Assembly (NCBI RefSeq): GCF_009914755.1
Contig: NC_060931.1
From: the human T2T-CHM13v2.0 reference genome, Homo sapiens
Strand: one strand, 5' to 3'
Length of the DNA stretch: 64,000 nt
Of this stretch, positions 56,536 through 64,000 are shown piece after piece. Below the pieces are notes generated by a model, which had not been told where the DNA came from, searched no databases, and saw only the letters and a program-made list of their open reading frames with translations. Position 1 is the stretch's first letter, and every line of letters starts with the position of its first letter. Made by a program: the position numbers and the translations under genes.

Positions 56536-57910
56536 TTTGAGTGACTATCCCGAGGCATTTGAGTCCCGAAGATTAGAAGTCATCCTCATAGCCTTTCCAA
56601 TGGAGTAACACTTTTTGTGTGCTTTGAAATTAAAAAGTGGAAAATGTTTCCCTCAGATTGTGAGACCCTTTATAAATGTATATGTGAACAATTTTTAAGC
56701 TGCTATACCTCAATAATAAAATGTTTCCTGGCTACTCATTAAGTTTTAAATTTCTATTACTAGATTTTCATTTCTGAAAGTTCAATTTTATATTTTTCAA
56801 ATCTGTTGCAATTTTTTTATACAATTTACTGTACCCTGGGTTTAAAATTGTCTTTTATTTCTTTAAACTCTGTAAGTATAGTTATTGAGCCTCTATTTGA
56901 TCATTTCTGTATTTGGGGTCTCTGCAAGTCTGTTTCTGCCATCACTTGTTTCTGCTGGCTTTTGTTTCTCCTGCTCTGTTTCTTTGGTTATTTATTTATT
57001 TATTTATTTACTATGATTTGTTGCTCATTGCTTAGATAATTATTTGTTAGGTTTCTTAAGATCTAGGATAAAATCCAGAGAGGATATGTGTTTGTTTCTG
57101 CCAGGTGAGTAAATATACTACAAATATGGTATGACTTTATACTAAATTTACAGCTTGAGTTTTTTTTTTTTTTCCGTTCAATCAGTGGGAATTTGGCTCA
57201 AAATCTGAGTGATGATAAGCAGATGGATATCAACAACAATCTTGAATTTATTTCATCAATATTAAATTAATCAGCAATATTAAATGTATTTATTTTACTT
57301 TTCTCAGTCCCAAGACAATTTTCTTTTTAGGTTTCTGGGAGTCGAAATATTGAACAGATTTATATTTATTTCAACCTTAGAGGAATATTTAGCCCTTTGG
57401 GGTCAGAGGGTTTTGGTTTTATAGGTGTTGGTCCCTTATTAGACTCCTCATTTTAGGATGAACTGTGATTTGGCTTCTGTTCCCCTTGCCCTCTGAGACA
57501 TTAAAACCCAAAGCACAAGATCAATCAGTTAGGATGCCCTCAGGACAAGACCGAATTCAATCCTGCTTACCTTTCTGGATTTCTGCTTTCCTTTAAATTA
57601 TGATTTGCTGATTCTATATTATCTTGTGTGATATTTGATGCTTTCAAAAATATTTTCTCTATTATCTTTTGTTGTTTATATTAGGCTGTTTTGTTCTGAA
57701 TTATTTAGCCTGTTGTATTGCTAGAAATCAAAGTTGTCCCTTTAAGATATAAATAAGTTTATGTCATTTATTTAAAAGAATTCTACTAGACTTTGAATTT
57801 ACTGATTAATTTGGAGAGAATTTATATCCTTATAAGTTCACCTTATCCAGGAGCCTAGAATATGTATCTACATATTCAAAATATTTTCTAGACCTTTTAT
57901 TAGAGTTTGA

Positions 57911-58244
<334 letters not shown>

Positions 58245-58456
58245 AGTTAACATATTTATTTCTTAGATGCTGTATAGATTTTCTTGCTATTGTGAGTGCT
58301 ATCTTCTCTATGATTCAAATTCATAATTGTCATTGCTATTAAATGTTATTATTTAGCTTGTATCAGGCAACACTGTTGAGTATCCTAATGGTATATCTCT
58401 TGGTTCTATTGTTTTATTTTCAAGTAGATGATTATGTAATCTACAAACAATAATAG

Positions 58457-58795
<339 letters not shown>

Positions 58796-61145
58796 ATTTC
58801 TTTTTCTTATCTTATAGCATTGGTCAGGACTTCCAATCCTATGTTAAACAACAGTCATGGTAAAATAGAGAATCTTTGTCTTATTTCCAAACGCAAAGGA
58901 AATACCCCAGCATTTTGTGAAGCATTAGTTCCTGCATTTGATCACTTTCCCCAAAAACTAGATAGAGTGGTTTCTGCTACCTGAAACTAAAACCTGTTTG
59001 ATGCCAAAGGAATACAGAATGAGAATTTTTCTGTGATTATAGAATCAGCATCGAAGGGCTCAAAGATAAAAACAACAAAGCACCAAGTACCCCACATTCT
59101 GAAAATTGCTGAAAATACTTGAAGTCAAATATCACAACCAAAGCTTGCTTGTGGCTCCTGGAAGAGTTCATCTACCTCTAACCCTCACCCTTGTATTCCC
59201 AATTCATGTCTCTGATAATTAAGCAGAAAGACTAGGGAAGAGAAGAGAATGAATTATCAAAATGCAGCATTTATTGTGAGGAGCGATTCTTCTCCTTCCC
59301 AAGCCAAGTGAGTGAAGAGGCTCAAGATAATCACATAAAGATTGGGGGTGCTTATGCAAAGGGAAAATTGGTTGAGATAACTGTCTAGGCTGCAGGCCTG
59401 TTGGTAAACCTGTGCCTCCCTATGAAGGGGAGAAAAAACTTATTGAAGGGAGATGACAAGGCAAAGAGAGGATGATAATGGGACAATCAACAACCCTATC
59501 CTTTGGAAAGAATGGGTAAATTGCCTACTCCAGGAGGAATCCAAGCTTCAACCACTTTGCCAAGGCCTCTCCCAAAGAGAGGACACACTGAGTGAGGGGA
59601 TCCCAGTAGCTGAAGGTTGAGACTGACCTACTTGGAGCAAGAGCAGGGGTGAAGTGTAAAAGAGATTATGCTGGATCTTCCACTGGCATTTCCAGGAGAA
59701 AACCAACTTAATAGTCCATTGGTCTTAGCCACAGAACAAGGAATAAAAGATACTAATCACATGTCCATTAGCAAAAGACTAAGTTCTTTCCACTCTATCC
59801 TGTTCCAATTCTGAAAAAGCTAAAACCATGAAGTGTAACAGAACTTATTTTTTCCACAGCCTCATGTAATTTTGTTTTTGACTCCCCACACATTGTTTGG
59901 AAGCACAAATCAATATATAAGGCAATTCCAAAGCCCCCTCCCAATCCTGGGAGTTTTCTCTAAAATCCAGCAGGGAGAGCTAAAGCATCATGGGAGACAG
60001 CTGGTCTTTGATGTCACCGTCTAAACTTCGGTCTTCATTTGAATCAGATGACTACTTATTTTCTTTTTCCTGACAGCAAGACCTTTTTAAGTCTATCAGT
60101 TCTTTCTCTGCTAACCCCCATACCCCTCTGGGCACGTGGGAATTTGCTTCTGTGCCAAGTTCAAGTGTAGGTGTGATGCCATCCCCAGTAAATCACACTA
60201 GCATTTCTTCTCTGTTTTTTCATCAGGCTGAGCACAGAGAATCCCTAAGGCTTTGTGACTTTCCCAGGCCCTCCCAGGGAAAGGACACATTAGTCCCTCA
60301 GCAATCAGATCACCCAAATTTCCTGAGGAAAGTTTTATCCCCCAGCCTTTCTAACTTGGCCTGAGGAGAAGGCAGAGCAGGATCAATTCTCAGGAACTTA
60401 CCAGCATCTAAATTATCTTTGTCTTTTCCTATCTCTCTTTATTCTCCCCTAGTCTGGTAAACATTATAATATAGTAAGTATGAGGGCTAGGGACTAAAAC
60501 AAAGACTATTATATTCTTCAAAACTGACTCTACTTATTTTCTTAAATTATGTCTTTAATGTCTTTTTTATTCTGTGTTCTCTTGATAGCTAGGCTTTTGA
60601 AATTTAAAATCTAATAACTGACTATAGCATTCTGCTGAATGTTTATTCCTCTTTGAAGCAATGAAAACTACAAAGTCTTATAGTCAAAATCACAATGGGT
60701 TACACTGGAAAAAAGGAGAATTTTACCCTGCAAAACTTTTCAGCAAACCTACATAAAACTGAGCAATGTTCTTTTGCATATAAAATGGTCTCCCCAAAAG
60801 AGAAAAAGCATCAACCAACCACTCCCGAATAAAAGTCACAAAAAGGGAAGGGAGGTGCTTGGGTGCTCTGACTTTAATTAATGGTTTGTTTGCTAAAGGT
60901 TGTACTGGTTTGGGACCAAAAAAGGACACTTCTATTCATTCTCATCAAATTAAGTTTAAGGTTGGTCTTCAAGATAGGACATTAGGCCAGAACCATTCTA
61001 CTCATTTCAGATTCCTTAGGGCCAAATTTACTGGAGGTTGCTTAATAACTGTTTATTGAATAAACCAGAAGGGTAAGATAAAGGCAGTCAAAGATAACTG
61101 CCTTAAGGCTTCATCTAAGATTCAGAGCCCAGTAGGTTAGCAAAA

Positions 61146-61480
61146 CAGTTGTCCCTCAATAACCATGGAGGATTGATTCCTGGACTCTGATGGATACCAA
61201 CATCCACGGATGCTCAAGTCCCTGATATAAAATGGCATAGTATTTGCATATAACCTATGTTCATTCCCCTATGTAGGTACTCTCTAGATCACTTATAATA
61301 CCTAATATCATCTAAATATTATGTAAATATGTGTTATACTGTGTTGTTTAGGGATTAATGACCAAAAAAAGTCTGTACATGTTCAGTACGGATGCAACCA
61401 TCCATTTTTTTCCAAATATTTTCAATCTCTGGTTGGTTGAATCCATAGATGTAGAACTCACAGTTACAGAGGGCCAACTG
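61146..61480. mobile_element. MER2-like (TcMar-Tigger) non-autonomous DNA transposon
   Basis: Terminal inverted repeats CAGTTGTCCCTC...GAGGGCCAACTG then TA. Internal GGATGCTCAAGTCCCTGATATAAAATGGCATAGTATTTGCATATAACCT. Confidence 0.82.
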
Positions 61481-61864
61481 TATTTCAGATACAAGCATCA
61501 ATACAAATAAGGGCCTATTAGAGATAAGCACTCCCTGCCCTAAGGTAGCCTCTGAGGCCCAACTGTCAGATTTCTCAGAACCCAATTTCCTATGTGTCGG
61601 TACCCTGGGAGAATGCAAGTTCTAAGGGCTTTGGGCAATCACATGATGCTAATTCTTTATCTGCAGACTGGTACACTTAATTAACTGTCTGTGCCCAGCA
61701 CAACTGCGGGGAGAGAACAGGGGTTGTAAATACTTGAACATTAGCTTTTCTCTTGGTCTGGACTGTAGGAGACCCAGAACGTCAAAACTGTAGGAGGAAA
61801 CTTGGACCCAGTTACCAAGGACCTCTAGGTGAGTCGGAGACCTCACTGGACATAGTCCACATGT

Positions 61865-62120
61865 TTTATTGTAGAAAGAACATTGGGGCTGCTAACAAAG
61901 ATCCGTAAAGTTTGGCTTCTTGTTGGACTGTCATTAACCTGACTTGCAATTTGATGGCTATCAAGGAATCTCTGTCTGCTCCTTTACTTCTATCCATAAG
62001 AAAAGCCACACTCACTGGTTGGTGTTTGCTATTTACTTACAGTGCCACTTATCATACAATTATCAGTTTACTTTTACAAAATATGTAGACTTTTTTTTTT
62101 TTTTTTTTACTATCTAGAGT
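61865..62120 (-). other. PON3 3'UTR with A18 tract and candidate poly(A) signals
   Basis: T18 at 62091-62108. AGTAAA at 62067-62072 and AATAAA at 61865-61870 on the minus strand. Confidence 0.6.
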
Positions 62121-62297
<177 letters not shown>

Positions 62298-64000
62298 TTA
62301 TTAGTATATTATGTGAGTAAACACCTGTTTCATGATGTCCTTCCCAAACATTCTAGGATAAATCTATTTTTCAGAAATCAGAAGCTAAAATCTGTATATC
62401 TTCAATAAATTGTTCTTCTTCTGATGAAAGTACTAATGTCATAGATATCTATGCACCAAAGTGAACTGGCTTTCTGACATTAGCCAAATTCCTCAGGGAT
62501 GACTTACACAATTTTTTTAGTGCAGGCATCCCTTACAGAAGGAGTTAAGATGCTCTTATTTAGTTCTCAAGTGGATGGTGGTCCTCCCTCTGTGGGAAGA
62601 ATCTTGCCTTTGAGATTACAGTATGGGGAGAGAAACAAGACAAAATAATGAAGAAACACCCAGTTATCCAGCCAACCCAACATGGTAACTGATGGGATGG
62701 CAGTCATCACAGCTGGAGCCCCTTCACATCTGCAAAGTTGCTAGAAAGCATAAATAATGGATACTACTTTGGAATTTCATTTGACACATCACTGCCTAGT
62801 ACTGTTATTGATCCCAGGATTAATACACTTAACTTTGCTAATCAGTGTATATTTAAGCACTCAGGCTTCCAAATAGGCTGGATGAAGTTCACTCAAACAA
62901 AATAAAATAAAATTTTTATTTTGGAATTAAAGGAAAACAATTAGAAATTTATGAGTTACGAGTCTATATTGATATCTCTTATTAGAACAGAGTTTGTTCT
63001 TTTTTTTATCTTAAGGGAGATCCTTCATCTCAGGTTTGTTAGACAAAAATACTTAAGCTTTGATTTCATGTACAAAACATGAGATTCAACCAAAATTAAA
63101 GGGTGTCAGTAATTGTGACAAAAAGTCTTATCTAAAATTTTAAAAATAATTCAACTTGAAAATAGAGATACGAAAAAGATCCTAAACAATTCTCCAATAA
63201 TCCTATGTATCATATTTCATTTCCTTAAGACAGACATTGTGGTTGGGCTTTTAAAGGAAAGTTTTGTCTATCACTCTTAGGGGTACATATCTGAGGCAAG
63301 GATTGCTTCCTAGTTTAGGGTAACAATTCTGGTTCTAGGCTTAGGTTGGACTTTTGTTTCTTTTTACATTTCTTGTGTTCTTTTTAAGAAGCTGTGACTA
63401 ATACATTAATAAAAAAAGAAATAATCATATTTTTAACTGAAAGACAGCAATACTGGAAGTAGAAATAACTGTATGTCCTAATTTACCCACTAGGCCAATT
63501 ACTGGGTTTGAATTTGAATTTCAGTTTCTCAAATCACCAAATGTGGATTCACACATTTTAATTTTTTTCAAATTGTACTTTCTCAATGAGGCCTACTCTG
63601 ATCTCTGACTTTAGTAGTAGGACCTGCTCATCCTGCTGCATATAGTAATCCTGATCCCCTTTACTCTGCTGAGCCTTTTTTCCCATAAAATTTGCCATCT
63701 TCAAAGTTACTATGTAATTTACTTATTTCTTATGCTTATTGTTCATTGTTTGTCCCCCTTTCTTAAGATCAGGGATCTCTGTATATTTTTTCTGATATAT
63801 CCTAAACATAAGTACAATGTCTGACACATTACAGGTACTCAATAAATTTTTGTGAATAAATCTCTGAGTATGTGTGCCTAGAATTTATAGCTATATATAA
63901 ATTCACTAAAGATTTTTAAATTGTTAACCTTAATGCCATAGAAAATGCAGTTGTCTTATAATGTTGTTTTTAATGTAGAAAATTCAATGGATTATGCTAT

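Overview
Human (primate) genomic DNA from the paraoxonase cluster, most likely 7q21.3; the locus is recognised from memory of the proteins, not from a database search. The minus strand carries the complete 9-exon PON1 coding sequence (ATG 26630, TAA 1100-1102, 1068 nt, 355 aa, all introns GT-AG) with its GC-rich TATA-less promoter, plus the last coding exon of PON3 (62121-62279). Between the two genes lies a ~10.8 kb defective provirus on the + strand: MER50-type LTRs, tRNA-His PBS, gag-pro-pol, and an env closely similar to syncytin-2/ERVFRD-1, i.e. the HERV-FRD family. The most unusual structure is inside its pol gene: a templated insertion made of a perfect 24-bp fold-back, stuttered short repeats and a 201-nt inverted, stop-free copy of the env SU region, bounded by a 16-bp duplication and a 12-nt microhomology. 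The rest is ordinary Alu/L1/L2/MaLR/DNA-transposon debris, a 65-bp x3 tandem repeat and one unexplained retroposed-looking segment. No new protein-coding system is supported. Most short ORFs in the track are repeat-derived noise.
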